DNA from: Okamejei kenojei
Taxonomy: Eukaryota
Direction of reading: 5' to 3'
DNA length: 64,000 nt
Assembly (NCBI GenBank): GCA_035221665.1
Contig: CM069132.1
Location: 72,106,001-72,170,000, forward strand
Positions 23,043 to 36,879 of the stretch are shown in pieces (within the stretch, counting starts at the first letter, position 1; every line of letters starts with the position of its first letter). The notes beneath the pieces were generated by a model that did no database searches, was not told where the DNA came from, and saw only the letters and a program-made list of their open reading frames with translations. Position numbers and translations under genes: made by a program.

Positions 23043-25772
23043 ACCATATAACCATATAACAATTACAGCATCGAAACAGGCCCTCTCGGCCCTTCCAGTC
23101 CATGCCGACCATTTGTTTTCCCCTAGTCCCATCTACCTGCACTCAGACCATACCCCTCCATTCCCTTCACGTCCATATACCTATCCACTTTACTCTTAAA
23201 TGTTAAAATCGATCCTGCCTCCACCACTTCTGCTGGAAGCTGATTCCACACAGCCACCACCCTCTGAGTAAAGAAGTTCCCCCTCACGTTACCCAGAAAC
23301 CTCTGTCCCTTAATTCTCATGTCATGCCCTCTTGTTTGAAACATCCCTACCCTCAATGGGAAAAACGTATCCACGTCAACTCTGTCTATCCCTTTCATCA
23401 TTTTAAAGACCTCAATCAAGTCCCCCCTTAACCTGCGCTCCAAAGAATAAAGACCTAACTTGTTCAACCTTTTTCTGTAACATAGTTTCTGGAACCCTGG
23501 CAACATTCTAGTAAATCTCCTCTGTACTCTCTCTATTTTGTTGACATCCTTCCTATAACTAGGCGACCAAAATTGTACACCATACTCCAGAATTGGTCTT
23601 ACCAATGCCTTGTACAATTTTAACATTACTTCCCTACTCCTATATTCAATGCTCTGATTTATAAAGGCCAGCACACCAAAGGCTTTCTTTACCACCCTAT
23701 CTACATGTGATTCCACCTTCCGGGAACTATGCACAGTTATTCCTAGATCCCTCTGTTCCACAGTATTCCTCAATTCCCTACCATTTACCATGTACGTCCT
23801 ATTTTGATTTGTCCTGCCAAGATGTAGCACTTCACACTTATCAGCATTAAACTCCATCTGCCATCTTTCAGCCCACTTTTCCAAATGGCCCAAATCTCTC
23901 TGTAGACTTTGAAAATCTACTTCATTATCCACAACACCACCTATCTTAGTATCATCTGCATACTTACTTATCCAATTTTCCACCCCATCATCCAGATCAT
24001 TGATGTACATGACAAACAACAGTGGACCCAACACAGATCCCTGAGGCACCCCACTGGTCACCGGCTTCCAACCTGACAAACAGCCATCCACCATTACTCT
24101 CTGACATCTCCCATTCAGCCACTGTTGAATCCATCTTGCTACCGCCATTAACACCCAAAGATTGAATCTTCTTAACCAACCTTCCATGGGGAACCTTGTC
24201 AAAGGCCTTACTGAAATCCATATAGACAACATCCACTGCTTTACCCTCATCAATTTCCCTAGTTACCGCTTCAAAATATTTAAGAAGGTTTGTCAAACAT
24301 GACCTTCCAGGCACAAATCCATGTTGACTGTTCCTGATCAGACCCTGTTTATCCAGATGCTTATATATATTATCTCTAAGTATCCTTTCCATTAATTTGC
24401 CCACCACTGACGTCAAACTAATAGGTCTATAATTGCTAGGTTTATTCTTTGAACCCTTTTTAAACAATGGAACAACATGCGCAGTACGCCAATCCTCCGG
24501 CACTATTCCCGTTTCTAATGACATTTGAAATATTTCTGTCATAGCTCCTTGACATTTGAAATATTTCTGTCATAGCTCCTGCTATTTCTACACTAACGTC
24601 CCTCAATGTCCTAGGGAATATCCTGTCAGGACCTGGAGACTTATCCACTTTTATATTTTTCAAAAGTGTCAGTACTTCCTCCTCTTTGAATCTCATAGTT
24701 TCCATAGCTACTCTACTCTTTCCCCTTAACTCACCGAGTTCAATATCCTTCTCCTTGGTGAATACCGAAGAAAATAAATTGTTCAATATCTCCCCCATCT
24801 CTTTTGGCTCTGCAGATAGCTGTCCATTCTGGTTCTCTAATGGTCCAATTTTATCCCTCGTTATCCTTTTGCTATTAATATAGCTGTAGAAACCCTTTGG
24901 GTTTACTTTCACCTTTCTTGCCAAAGCAACCTCATATCTTCTTTTAGCCTTCCTAATTTCTTTCTTAAGATTCTTTTTACATTCTTTATACTCCTCTAGC
25001 ACCTCATTTACTCCATGCCTCCTATAATTATTGTAGATATCTCTCTTTTTTCGAAACAAGTGTCCAATTTCCCTTGAAAACCACGGCTCTTTCCAATTTT
25101 TACTATTTCCTTTCAACCTAACAGGGACATAAAGATTCTGTACTCTTACAATTTCCCCTTTAAATGTCCTCCATTTCTCTTCTACATCCTTCCCATGAAA
25201 CAAAGTCCCAATTCACTCCTTTAAAATCCTTACGCATTCCCTCAAAGTTAGCCTTTCTCCAATCAAAAATCTCTACCCTAGGTCCAGTTCTGACTCTCTC
25301 CATAATTATATTGAAACTAATGGTATTGTGATCACTGGTCCCGAAGTGCTCACCAACGCATACCTCCGTCACCTGACCTGCCTCATTTCCATAACAGGAG
25401 GTCCAGCACTGCCCCTTCTCTGGTCGATACCTCTATGTACTGCTGCAAAAAACTATCCTGCACACATTTTACAAACTCCAAACCATCCAGCCCATTTACA
25501 GAATGTGTTTCCCAGTCTATTTTTGGAAAATTGAAATCTCCCACAATCACTACCTTGTGCTTACTACTAATATCTGCTATCTCCTTACATATTTGCTCTT
25601 CCAATTCACGCTCCCCATTTGGCGGTCTATAATACACCCCTAAAAGTGTTGCTACACCGTTCCCACTTCTCAGTTCCACCCAAATAGCCTCCCTAGACGA
25701 GCCCTCTAATCTATCCTGCCAAAGCACTGCTGTAATATCTTCTCTGACAAGCAATGCAACACCTCCCCCTCT
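23043..25772 (-). mobile_element. CR1 LINE, near-complete ORF2 (EN+RT) with frameshifts; (tatatggt)n tail
   Basis: Overlapping ORFs 25383..25754 (GVYYRPP, GDFN), 25160..25372 (SDH), 24460..25203, 23997..24542 (NYRPISLTS) and 23123..24253 ([16 protein letters not shown]). 31-bp tandem duplication at 24519-24580. Confidence 0.95.
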
Positions 25773-25902
25773 GGATTACTGCCTGTGCCGTGTGACAGTG
25801 GGAGTAGGAATGAAATGAGGTGGAGGATAAATGCGTGGCTGAGGGACTGGTGCAGTGGGCAGGGATTCAAGTTTCTTGATCACTGGGACCTCTTTTGGGG
25901 AA

Positions 25903-28420
25903 GGTGCAGGAGTAGGCCATTCGGCCCTTTGAGCCTGTACTGCCATTCAATATGATCATGGCTGATCATCCAACTCAGTATCCCGTACCTGCCTTCTCTC
26001 CATACCCTCTGATCCCCTTAGCCACAAGGGCCACATCTAACTCCCTCTTAAATATAGCCAATGAACTGGCCTCCACTACTCTCTGTGGCAGAGAGTTCCA
26101 GAGACCCACCACTCTGTGTGAAAAAAGTCCTCATCTCGGTCCTAAAGGATTTCCCCCTTATCCTTAAGCTGTGACCCCTTGTCCTGGACCTCCCCAACAT
26201 CGGGAACAATCTTCCTGCACCTAGCCTGTCCAACCCCTTAAGAATTTTGTAAGTTTCTATAAGATCACCTCTCAATCTCCTAAATTCTAGTGTATAAACC
26301 GAGTCTATCCAGTCTTTCTTCATGACAGTCCTGACATCCCAGGAATCAGTCTGGTGAACCTTCTCTGCACTCCCTCTATGGCAATAATGTCCTTCCTCAG
26401 ATTTGGGGACCAGAACTGTACGCAATACTCCAGGTGTGGTCTCACCAAGACCCTATACAACTGAAGTAGAACCTCCCTGCTCCTTTAATCAAATCCTTTT
26501 GCTATGAAAGCTAACATACCATTTGCTTTCTTCACTGCCTGCTGCACCTGCATGCCTACTTTCAATGACTGGTGTACCATGACACCCAGGTCGCGCTGCA
26601 TCTCCCCTTTTCCTAATCAGCCACCATTTAGATAATTGTCTGCTTTCCTGTTTTTGCCACCAAAGTGGATAACCCCACCTTTATCCACATTATACTGCAT
26701 CTGCCAAACATTTGCCCACTCACCCAGCCTATCCAAGTCACCTTGCAGTCTCCTACCATCCTCCTCACAGCTAACACTGCCACCCAGCTTAGTATCATCC
26801 ACAAACTTGGAGATATTGCCTTCAATTCCCTCATCCAGATCATTAATGTATATTGTAAATAGCTGGGGTCCCAGCACTGAGCCTTGCGGTACCATACTAG
26901 TCACTGCCTGCCATTGTGAAAAGGACACGTTTACTCCTACTCTTTGCTGCAATCCCATCTTTAATAACTGACTCTAGCAGTTTCCCCACTACTGATGTTA
27001 GACTAACTGGTCTGTAATTCCCCGTTTTCTCTCTCCCTCCCTTCTTAAAAAGAGGGGTTACGTTTGCTACCCGCCAATCCTCAGGAACTACTCCAGAATC
27101 TAAAGAGTTTTGAAAGATTATCTCTAATGCATCCACTATTTCCCGAGCTACTTCCTTAAGTACTCTGGGATGGAGCCTATCTGGCCCTGGGGATTTATCG
27201 GCCTTTAATCCATTCAATTTACCCAACACCACTTCCCGACTAACCTGGATTTCACTCAATTCCTCCTTTGACCCGCGGTCCCCTGCTATTTCCGGCTTAA
27301 TTATGTCTTCCTTAGTGAAGACGGAACCAAAGTAGTTATTCAATTGGTCCGCCATATCCTTGTTCCCCATGATCAACTCACCTGTTTCTGACTGCAAGGG
27401 ACCTACATTTGTTTTAACTAATCTCTTTCTCTTCACATATCTATAAAAACTTTTGCAGTCAGTTTTTATGTTCCCTGCCAGTTTTCTTTCATAATCTATT
27501 TTTCCTTTCCTAATTAAGCCCTTTGTCCTCCTCTGCTGGTCTCTGAATTTCTCCCAGTCCTCTGGTATGCTGCTTTTTCTGGCAACTTTGTACGCATCAT
27601 CCTTTGCTTTGACACTATCCCTGATTTCCCTTGTTATCCACGGATGCACTACCTTCCCTGATTTATTCTTTTGCCAAACTGGGATGAACAATTTTTGTAG
27701 TTCAGCCATACAGTCTTTAAATGTCTTCCATTGCGTATCCACCGTCAACCCTTTTAGAATTGATTGCCAGTCAATCTTAGCCAATTCACATCTCATACCC
27801 TCAAAGTTACCTTTCTTTAAGTTCAGAACCATTGTTTCTGAATTAACAATGTCACTCTCCATCCTAATGAAGAACTCGACCATATTATGGTCACTCTGGC
27901 CCAAGGGGGCATGTACAACAAGACGGCTAATTACCCCTTCCTCATTACTCAAAACCCAGTCTAAAATAGCCTGCTCTCTCGTTGGTTCCTCTACATGTTG
28001 ATTTAGATAATTATCCCGCATACATTCCAAAAAATCCTCTTCCTCAGCACCCCTGCCAATTTGATTCACCCAATCTATATGTAGATTGAAGTCACCCATT
28101 ATAACTGTTTGCCTTTGTCACACGCATTACTAATTTCCTGTTTGATACCATCCCCAACTTCACTAATACTGTTAGGTGGCCTGTACACAACACCCACCAG
28201 AGTTTTCTTCCCCTTAGTGTTTCGCAGCTCTACCCATACCGATTCCACATCCTCCAACTAATGTCCTTCCTTTCCATTGCGTTAATATCCTCTCTAACCA
28301 GCAACGCTGCCCCACCTCCTTTTCCTTTCTCTCTATCCCTCCTGAATATTGAATATCTCGATGTTCAGCTCCCAGCCTTGGTCACCCTGGAGCCACGTCT
28401 CCGTGATCCCAACTATATCA
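25903..28420 (-). mobile_element. CR1 LINE ORF2 with internal deletion
   Basis: ORF 26897..28099 (GDFN, SDHN, NYRPVSLTS) is joined directly to the RT C-terminal part (26617..26958); 3' end at ~25905. Confidence 0.93.
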
Positions 28421-28909
28421 TAATCATTAATAGCTATAATAGAAATATGTATAGAAAAAATCGGTCTATGTATACATGAAAAATAGATCAAACTGGGGAT
28501 GCTATCTTGCTTGCACTATGTTCATCTCTGTATCATCTTGTCAATACACAATGCATATGCTATTAATTGACCTGCTCAGCCTTCAACACTAATACCATGT
28601 TTCCACTAGGGGGAGAATCTACGACCAGAGGTTTTGGCGTCAGAATAAAATAAACATACCATTAGAAAGGAGATGAGGAGGAATTTCTTTAGTCAGAGGG
28701 TGGTGAATCTGTGGAATTCATTGCGACAGAAGGCTGTGGAGGCCAAGTCAATGGATATTGTTAAGGTTGGGATAATAGATTATTTATTAGTAGGTGTCAG
28801 GAGTTATGGGGAGAAGGCAGCAGAATGGGTTTGAGAGGGAAATATGGATCAGCTGTGATTGAATGGTGGAGTAGACCATGGCCTAATTCTGCTCCTATAA
28901 ATTATGAAT

Positions 28910-29760
28910 TTATGAATACCGAATAAGCTCATTCGTAAACTTCTGGACAAAGGAGCCTCCATCTGCAGCTGGTTTTTGAACTTCCTGATTTGCGGACCTC
29001 AGTCAATTAGAATTGGTTGTAACCTTTGCGCCCCCCTAACCCTCACACTGGTGCTCCTCAGTGCCACCTTTGCTCTACCCCCTCCACCCCCATGACAGTG
29101 GCCAAGTACAACACCAACCTGATCTTTAACTTTGCCAATTATACCACCGTTGGGCTGATCAACAACAACAAGGAGATGAAGTGCAGGATAGAGATGGAGA
29201 ATGTCATATCATGCTGTCAGGACAACAACCTGCCTTAATGCCAGCTGGATGAAAGAGCTGGTTGTTTTGACCAAAGGAAGTGACAAGGACCTACCTTTGT
29301 GCTCATCAATGAATCTGCTGTGCAGATGGTTGACAGTTTTGGTTCCTAGACATCCATATCACCAGCATCCTAATGTAGTCCCTTGATGCAGGGATCAAGA
29401 AAATGCATCAGAGAAGATTTGATATGTTCTCTCGAACTTCTACAGATGCACTCCAGAAAATATTCTGACGGGATGTATTTCAGCCTGGTATGGCACTGCT
29501 CTACTCTGGACTACCTGGATCTCCCCTGTCAATCGCAGGCTGGTCACTTCCTTCCACCCAGTCTATCTTCATGGTGCATTGCATTAGGGAGGCTGGAAGT
29601 ATTGTCAAGAATGCCTGCCGCCCTGACCATTCTCTTTTCTCTCTTGTAACGTTGATATGATGCAACAGCTTGAAAGCATGGACATCCAGAATCAACAACA
29701 ACTGCTTCCCCATGGCTATAAGACTCCAGAACCAATCACATATTTCACACCCCTTCCCAG
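28910..29760 (+). mobile_element. Decayed Rex1/Babar-like non-LTR fragment
   Basis: TGAPQ, NLIFNFANYTTVGLINNN (degenerate FADDTTVVGLI) and CCQDNNL motifs. Confidence 0.6.
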
Positions 29761-30414
29761 ACGCTACCATGTACTCTTACTCTTAACTTTAACTCATTCA
29801 GTGATCCTCTGTTTTGGAGTTCGTGCTCATCCATTAATTTAGTTGGTCCATAATGAAGGCCAAATCTTTACTGGTCAAGATCCTAAGCACTGGAATTCCC
29901 TTGTTAAATTTCTATACCTGTTTTTTTGTGTTTTAACTCCTTAAATTTTAGCTCTTTCATCATATCTCTCTTAATCTTTTCTTATGTGGCTCAGCCTCAA
30001 TTTTTATTTAAATAATATTCCTGTAAAGTGCCTAAGATATAAAAAAAAAATGTAAGGTTTTATTTAAGTAGTAGTTGAATGAGAACGTGCTTGACAGCCA
30101 AACATATGGACATTTTAAGTTGCCCATACTCTTAAAATCACAAATACAGTTGAATAAAAGTAGAACAAATCTTGCTCTGTGACCTCCGTAAGTCTGCAAT
30201 GCTTTCCTCCAAAAATTTCACATAATCCATTTTACATCAACACTGTTATTTCCATAATATATTAAAATAAGCACATAACTCTTTTTAAACCACCAGTTTA
30301 AAATGAGTGATCAATATTTGCTCCATAGAACTTTCTAGTTTCTAATGCCACTATTTACAGTAAATTATAGTTCAGAAGGAATGCTTTGAAGTACAGCTTT
30401 AAGATACTTTTTAA

Positions 30415-30555
30415 CTATAGTAGGCTTCCTTTTTTCATTTTTTTTCGGATGTACGTAATAATCGCCATCGAAGGAATACAGCATGTTGAACAAATCACAA
30501 GAAGTCCAATAACAGCCAAGGCATAAGTAGGATATTCACGCTGCACTGATCGTCC
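30415..30555 (-). CDS. SLC6A20: SLC6A20 last coding exon (GRSVQREYPTYALAVIGLLVICSTCCIPSMAIITYIRKKMKKGSLL*)
   Basis: Not in the ORF track. Acceptor ttctag, YP.YALAVIGLLV..ST.CIP TM12 motif, TAG at 30417-30415. Minus-strand AATAAA at ~30059-30064. Confidence 0.92.
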   Translation of the reverse strand, partial: GRSVQREYPTYALAVIGLLVICSTCCIPSMAIITYIRKKMKKGSLL

Positions 30556-30819
30556 CTAGAAAATATAACATCACAGCAACTGTCATGTAAGCGTGGATCT
30601 CAAAATTTGACACCAAAAAGAATATTTTACAAACTCCTTTCCAGGTGTAGAAATTGTGACTGTACTTCCATAAACTTCAGTGTCACAAAGATGCTTCTTC
30701 CAATTGTGTGTAATTCTGGTCACTAAATGACAGAAATGAGATGATTTCTGCAGAGGAGGTTTATAAATATATTGCCAGTGCAAAAGAAGTCTGAATATGA
30801 GGTAAAGGTGTCTGCTCTA

Positions 30820-32060
30820 AGAGTTCATAGGCTTACAACACAAAAACAGATCCTTTGGCCCACCTAGACCATTAAGTACTTAGTTACACAAATCCCTTTT
30901 ACCTGCACTGATCAGTAGCTGGCAATGCCTTGGTGATTCATGTACTTGCGCAAGTGCTATGAGACTAGATGAATCCACTACCTTCTCAAGCAGTGTGTTC
31001 CAGATTGCAACCAGCTTCTTGTGAAAAATATTCTTCCTTTTTCACATTATAATGACTTAAGTACATCTGGCATTGGGAAAAGTTTCCTACTCTCTGCCCC
31101 ATTTATGCCTTTCATAATTTGATGTACCTCCATCTACATGCTTCTCAGCCTCTTCTGGTCCAAAGAAAACAAACCCAGATTGGTGTCTTCTCATAACTGT
31201 AACATCCTTCCTAGGTGACCAGGACCGCACACAATATTCCAGCTGTAGTTTGCCAAAATCCTTCTACCAAGTCCTCTGCATTTACATTCTGTGACCAGGC
31301 TGAAGGAGGCTAATGTACATATGTTTTTCTCACCACCTAATTTACCTGTGCTGCCATCTTCAGGAATTGTTTGGCCTGTACGCCCTGATCCCTATATTGT
31401 TTCATATTCTCCTGAGATGCTGCCTGCCTCGCTGAGTTACCCCAGGCACTGTGTGCCTATCCTCCACTGTCACAGTGTCTCATATTTATTTTTTAAGTTT
31501 AATTTAGAGATACAACCTAGAAACAGGCACTACCGTCCACTGAATGCACCCCGACCCGTGATGCCAGATCTATCTAGATGCGAGGGATAATTTACAGAAG
31601 CCAATTAACCTTTTGAACCAGCCTTCCATATGGGACCCTGTCAAATACATTACTAAAGTCCATATAAACCTCATTAACTGCAACTGAACTTGGGAATATA
31701 TTTAATTACCCCTTCAAAAATTTATTAAATTATACAGGAACTTCATCAATCTGTGTTCCTATGCCTAGGAATGATCCTATGCTGAGGAAAGTTATCCAAT
31801 AATTTCTCCAACACTGAAGTTAGACTAATTGGTCTATAATTATCTGACTGAACTGGCTGCTCCTCTTGAAGAAAACTGCATATTTGGTGTTATGCAGTCA
31901 TCTGGCCACTAACCTGTGTCGGTGAAGATATATTATGTCTGTCAGGGTCTTTGCCATCTCCAGTCCTTTACCCTATAGCACCCTGAATTACATCTCATCA
32001 TGCCCTAGGGTTTTACACTCCTTTAGAGCTACTAAGGCATCTAGTACCTCTTCCTTGCTT
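30820..32060 (-). mobile_element. Old decayed CR1 with small nested repeats
   Basis: Degenerate CR1 3' and RT sequence (gggaccctgtcaaatacattactaaagtccatata; gttagactaattggtctataatt). Confidence 0.6.
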
Positions 32061-33399
32061 CAAGTAAGTTAAATGTTGGAGGGGTTAGACAACAGAGTTT
32101 GAGAGAGAATGATTATGGATTAACATTATGGCAGTTCCCTTGGCAACTCTTGAAGGTATTAAAACATTTTATAGAATGGGAATTATTTGTTCTTTTCATT
32201 GTTTACTTGTATATTAATAGGATGAGGATTGTATTTAATCTTATATGATTATAGTTTTAGACACCAACGGGATTAGGCTGGATTGTGGACTTTTAGCTAA
32301 GAATAATAATGTAGCTATGAATAAATGTAATAAATATATATTATATTAAATATATATAATAAATATGAATGAAAAGTATCCATCAGTATACTTGTTGGAT
32401 TGTATGGCTAGCTCTTGCTTCTCTTTCTTGACATTCTTGAATTGGAAATAGACAATGGAGATGCAATATGTTGTTTTGATGAAAATTATATGGTTTTCAT
32501 GTCTGGTTCACAACAACATGTCATTTAATGATGAATCAGCACTCTCAATATTCCTGAGTTTTGGTCTTGGAGGAGTATGTTTTCCTTTAACAAAATACAG
32601 GGGGAATTCAAAAGGAAGTGAAAATCCAAAAATGCAATTACACCCATTCTAATTAAAGGGTCTCAGATCCGAAACACTCCCTGTGGCAGAAACACTCTAT
32701 ATGTGGTAGCTATGTGTTCTTTGTTAAAAATTATGACAATCATTGCATCTCTGGGATCCCTTCACATGTTCCTCTCTTTCCTAATATGGCGGAAAAAGGC
32801 TGAAACATGTGACTCAAATTCCAGACTTCCAAGGTATAGAAACACAGAAAATGTTTGTTCCTGAGGCATTGTTGTTTCTCTGTTCTGATGGGTTGATTAC
32901 GTCTTAGTCTGAGATGGCAGTGAAGCTGAATTGCTTTGTTTACTGAAAGGGTGCAGGCAAGAACACACATGTGAGGACATTGTCATGGTTGACAAGGTCA
33001 TGGACGTGTTTCTTCCAGTGTCTAAACTGTCTCTATATCCTTGATAAGCTTTCCCTCTGTTCATGCCTTTGCCTTCTTAGTTAGACTACTTTTGTACATC
33101 TCTGGTCATGATGTTTAACCAGGAATTGATGAACAGTAACAGTAGTGGTTACTGACAGTCCAGTCACATGTATATGCTCAGTTGAATGCAGAGGAGGAAA
33201 GTCAGCAATATTAGACAATTAATATTTGAAATGTATTCACATACAACATTACATCAGGGTCTGGATTCAAGCTATAATGGACAACATATGACATGTATGG
33301 ATTAATATCTTTGCATTCAGGATGATGTCATAAAAAACATTAAATATTAGATCTATTGATATCCTACTCATGCAAGTATACAGAAGGATTTTAGAAGGA

Positions 33400-34330
33400 T
33401 GAACTGAGTTAGACAAATGTTTGGATAAATGAGCCTGTCGTATATTCAATGGTATTAGTTGTCAACATTACATAGTTGTGTTGGATTGAGATGCATCAAG
33501 AATATTAAGAAGAATGTTAGCATGGCTGTGAGCATGCAGGCAAATGCCGGAAGTGTATCATGGCCTAGACTAGATAATGAATTTGAAAGGAGTCAACAAT
33601 GTATCTGTCAAGATTGAAGAATCAAGCCAACAAAGATAACTTTATAGAGTTGGAAGTAACTAATGAGACCTTATCGTGAGAAGAATGTTTTTGTGAGAGT
33701 GGAGTTATATTGCACCTTGGTATATATGACAATAAACTAATCTAATATAATCTAAGGCATCTAATCTAGATGTACAAAGATAACTTCTTCGTACATCTAG
33801 ACTAACTTGAAGTGAAATTAAATTTTAAAATATATAATTGAGATCTATGTTATCATGGGCTATGTTGAGTTAATCTCAGATAATGATCCTCAGTTTCATT
33901 TTCATTTTAGTGTTGTATGAAACAAAGTGGTATAAAGCATATACTTACTTTGCCATGCTATTTCATATTGTGAGGTGGCAAGGAAGCATGAAGGAAATAA
34001 ACTTTTAAAGGTGTTTGAATGCAACAACAAGATGTCTATTGGCCAACTTTTTGTAGGACTATGGCATCAAGCCACAATTTGCAATGAGTTCTACTTTGGC
34101 TATGTTACTAATACATAGAATGTGAAGAAAAGTCAGAACACAACTGAACTTAATTTAGCCAAATCCTGATGGGAAAGCAGAAGTGAAGCAAATGGGCCCA
34201 AAACAAAGTTATGATTCAATCCCTGGAGAGAGACAATTCAAGCGACATTTTGGAGTGTTGTGTGTTAACACCACTGAGCAAGTATGAAGTTCAAAATTGG
34301 AATGTTTGAATGATGGAGCAAGTAGGCTTG
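33400..34330 (+). mobile_element. Possible highly decayed Gypsy LTR integrase remnant
   Basis: ttaatctcagataatgatcctcagtttc (~33870) reads LISDNDPQF, resembling the integrase VSDNGPQF motif. No continuous ORF. Confidence 0.35.
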
Positions 34331-34868
34331 TGATGTGTGTGTCACACTTGTGCACATGCACAATTCACTTGGAGAGAGATGAATAAGCAAGGTGCATTTG
34401 TATCAGCACTTCCCTGTGTCTCTCAGTGACTCATCTTACAGTTAGAATAAATATCTGCACATACATAATACTTTATAGTCTGCATTTGCTACATTGAAGG
34501 AGAACTCCTTTAATTCTGTCCAAAAAAATGTGTGTGTCAATGTCATTTATTTCTCTGCTTTACTACTGTTTATAAACATTGTGCATGCCTGAACCTGGCC
34601 AAATGGAGAAGTTTGCAAATGTAGGTTGTAGTATTGAATGGCTCACACATTGCACTCATCATGCAATACGATACGATAGAACTTTATTTATCCCAGGAGG
34701 AAAATTGACCAGGGGTGGAAATGTTGGAGGAAGCTCATTAGTCAGAAACCCAGGAATTACCATCATTACCCCAAGCAGGCTCCGCTGTTGCTGGACTTGC
34801 TGTGTACATGATAGACAAGTGATGTTAAATGTTATGACACAGCTCAACCAAACAGATTGTGCACTTAC

Positions 34869-35034
34869 CACAGATGAATCCCACGCACTGTATGATAGCG
34901 GTTCACCTGTGCTGTAGTCAACAATGTAAAAAATCAGGAGGCTCACAATTAAAGCAGGGCTTACGAAAACCCAAGTAACTGTCCAATACAAATTTGGCTT
35001 GTGTCCCATCATTGTTTCAATCTCATTCTGGAAT
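34869..35034 (-). CDS. SLC6A20: SLC6A20 penultimate exon (FQNEIETMMGHKPNLYWTVTWVFVSPALIVSLLIFYIVDYSTGEPLSYSAWDSSV)
   Basis: YW...W.FVSP TM11 motif; acceptor ttacag and donor gtaagt; 166 nt. Confidence 0.92.
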
Positions 35035-35335
35035 CTGTAACAGATGAATTAATTCTAATAAATTGCTACACGATTATAGGTAATATCTAAAATGAGAAAT
35101 CACACAAAATTCCAGCTGTGGCCTCACCAATTTTTTCTGAAGTTTTACCAAGATTCACCTGCATTTATATTCTATACTCCTGTGCCGCCTTCTCTACCCC
35201 ATCTACCTGTGCTGCCCACTTCAGGGATCTCTTGACTGAGTCTCTTTGCTGCTCAATATTCCTTAGGAGCCTGTCATTCATGCTATATGTTCTGCTGTAT
35301 GTTGGATCTCTCCACCTGCTCCCCCACCCCATATA

Positions 35336-36161
35336 CAGAGCTGCCAAGTAGTATGGATTTTCCGTATTTTGTATGGAAATACTATCAGAATATGGATGTA
35401 CGGATTTGCTTTGTAAAATACAGATTTTTTTAAAATCAGCCTGACTTCCTGTTTCATCTTGCTGTTTAAAAAATGCGAGGATATAAAAAGTCATACTGTA
35501 CCTCTAAAAATGATAGCAGATTAAATCTATTAGTATATTAAATTTCAAGATCTGGAAGCTTTGGTCTGCCTGCTGTCCCGCTCCAGGTTTAAACAGTGCT
35601 GTCAGTTTAATGCGTGGGAATTTGAACCAACAGCGCTATGGGTTCTAAAAATAGCGCTCCCAGCTGGAGCACTATTGCCTTTACACATAGCTATGTGTAT
35701 ATGGCAATAGTGCAATATGGCCACAGCGCAATGGGTCACAGACTGTTAGGGTGGGAGTGGAAGGGAGGGAGATAAAAGAGGGAGGAGGAGAGAGGGAGGA
35801 TGGGAGGGAAAGAAGGAGGGAGGGAGTGGGAGGGAAATGGAGGAAGGAGGGAGAGAGCGAGGGAGGCTTCCAAAATGGCTTCTACATCATCATTTGGTGC
35901 TAAAAGCAGGAAGCAGCCGTTCAAACAACAGTATACAAAGAGCTGGCAATGAATGCACTGTCAAGTAAGGTGTGTGGAAGACACGTCAATTGGTAGAAAA
36001 GTTATGCATTCATGTACTCTTACATGGGTATGACTGCACATTAAAAAAACAACACTTTTTTCAGCAAAATGGCACCGCGTACAAATACTGATTTCCTCGG
36101 CAAAATACTGATTTTCAAGTACTAGAATAGTGAAATGCTCTGACAAAACCTGGCAGCTTTG
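35336..36161. mobile_element. Non-autonomous DNA transposon with short TIRs
   Basis: CAGAGCTGCCAAGT at 35336 and ACCTGGCAGCTTTG ending at 36161; CATATA on both flanks; internal palindromes at 35632-35713. Confidence 0.55.
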
Positions 36162-36879
36162 CATATAGCATCAGCTCACACTTTATTCAGAATTAAATTA
36201 TCTCTCCTGCTGCCCTGCTCAACCTTACTAGCTGATCAAGATCATTCTGCAGCTCAAGACTACCTTGCCTCACTATCTGTGACCACTATTTCTTTTAATG
36301 TCATGTGCAAGCCTACTCTTCACACCTTGATCATTTGATCATTCACATCTAAGTCATTACTGTGTAATGGCCCCAGCACCAATTCCTATGGCACACCACT
36401 GGTCACAAGCTTCCAATCACAAAAGCAATCCTACGCAATCATCAATCTCTTATTTACAAGTTAATTTTGGACCCCAATTGCCAACTTGCTTGAATCCCAA
36501 AGGTTCTAACCTTTGCCTTCCATGTGAGACTTTGTCAATGGCTTTATTGAAATCCTAGGGTAGAAGCCTGGTATACATCTCATCAACCCCTGGGGATTTA
36601 TCTAACTATATGTACACTAAACATCTATTCTCTTTTTCAATCTTAACATGTTGTAGAATTTCTCCTGTATGAATACATACAAACAGTATTTATTTGTGAC
36701 CTCCCTCACATCCTCATGTTCCATTAACAGATTGCCTTTGGTCCCTCAAGGCCCCCATTCTTTTCTTGCTGCGTAATGTACTTAAACATGCTTTGGGATT
36801 ATACATAATCTTATTTGTCATTGGTATACTCCTTAAGTGGCTTCCCCTGTTTTCAGTTCTCTATGCCTACCATATGCAT

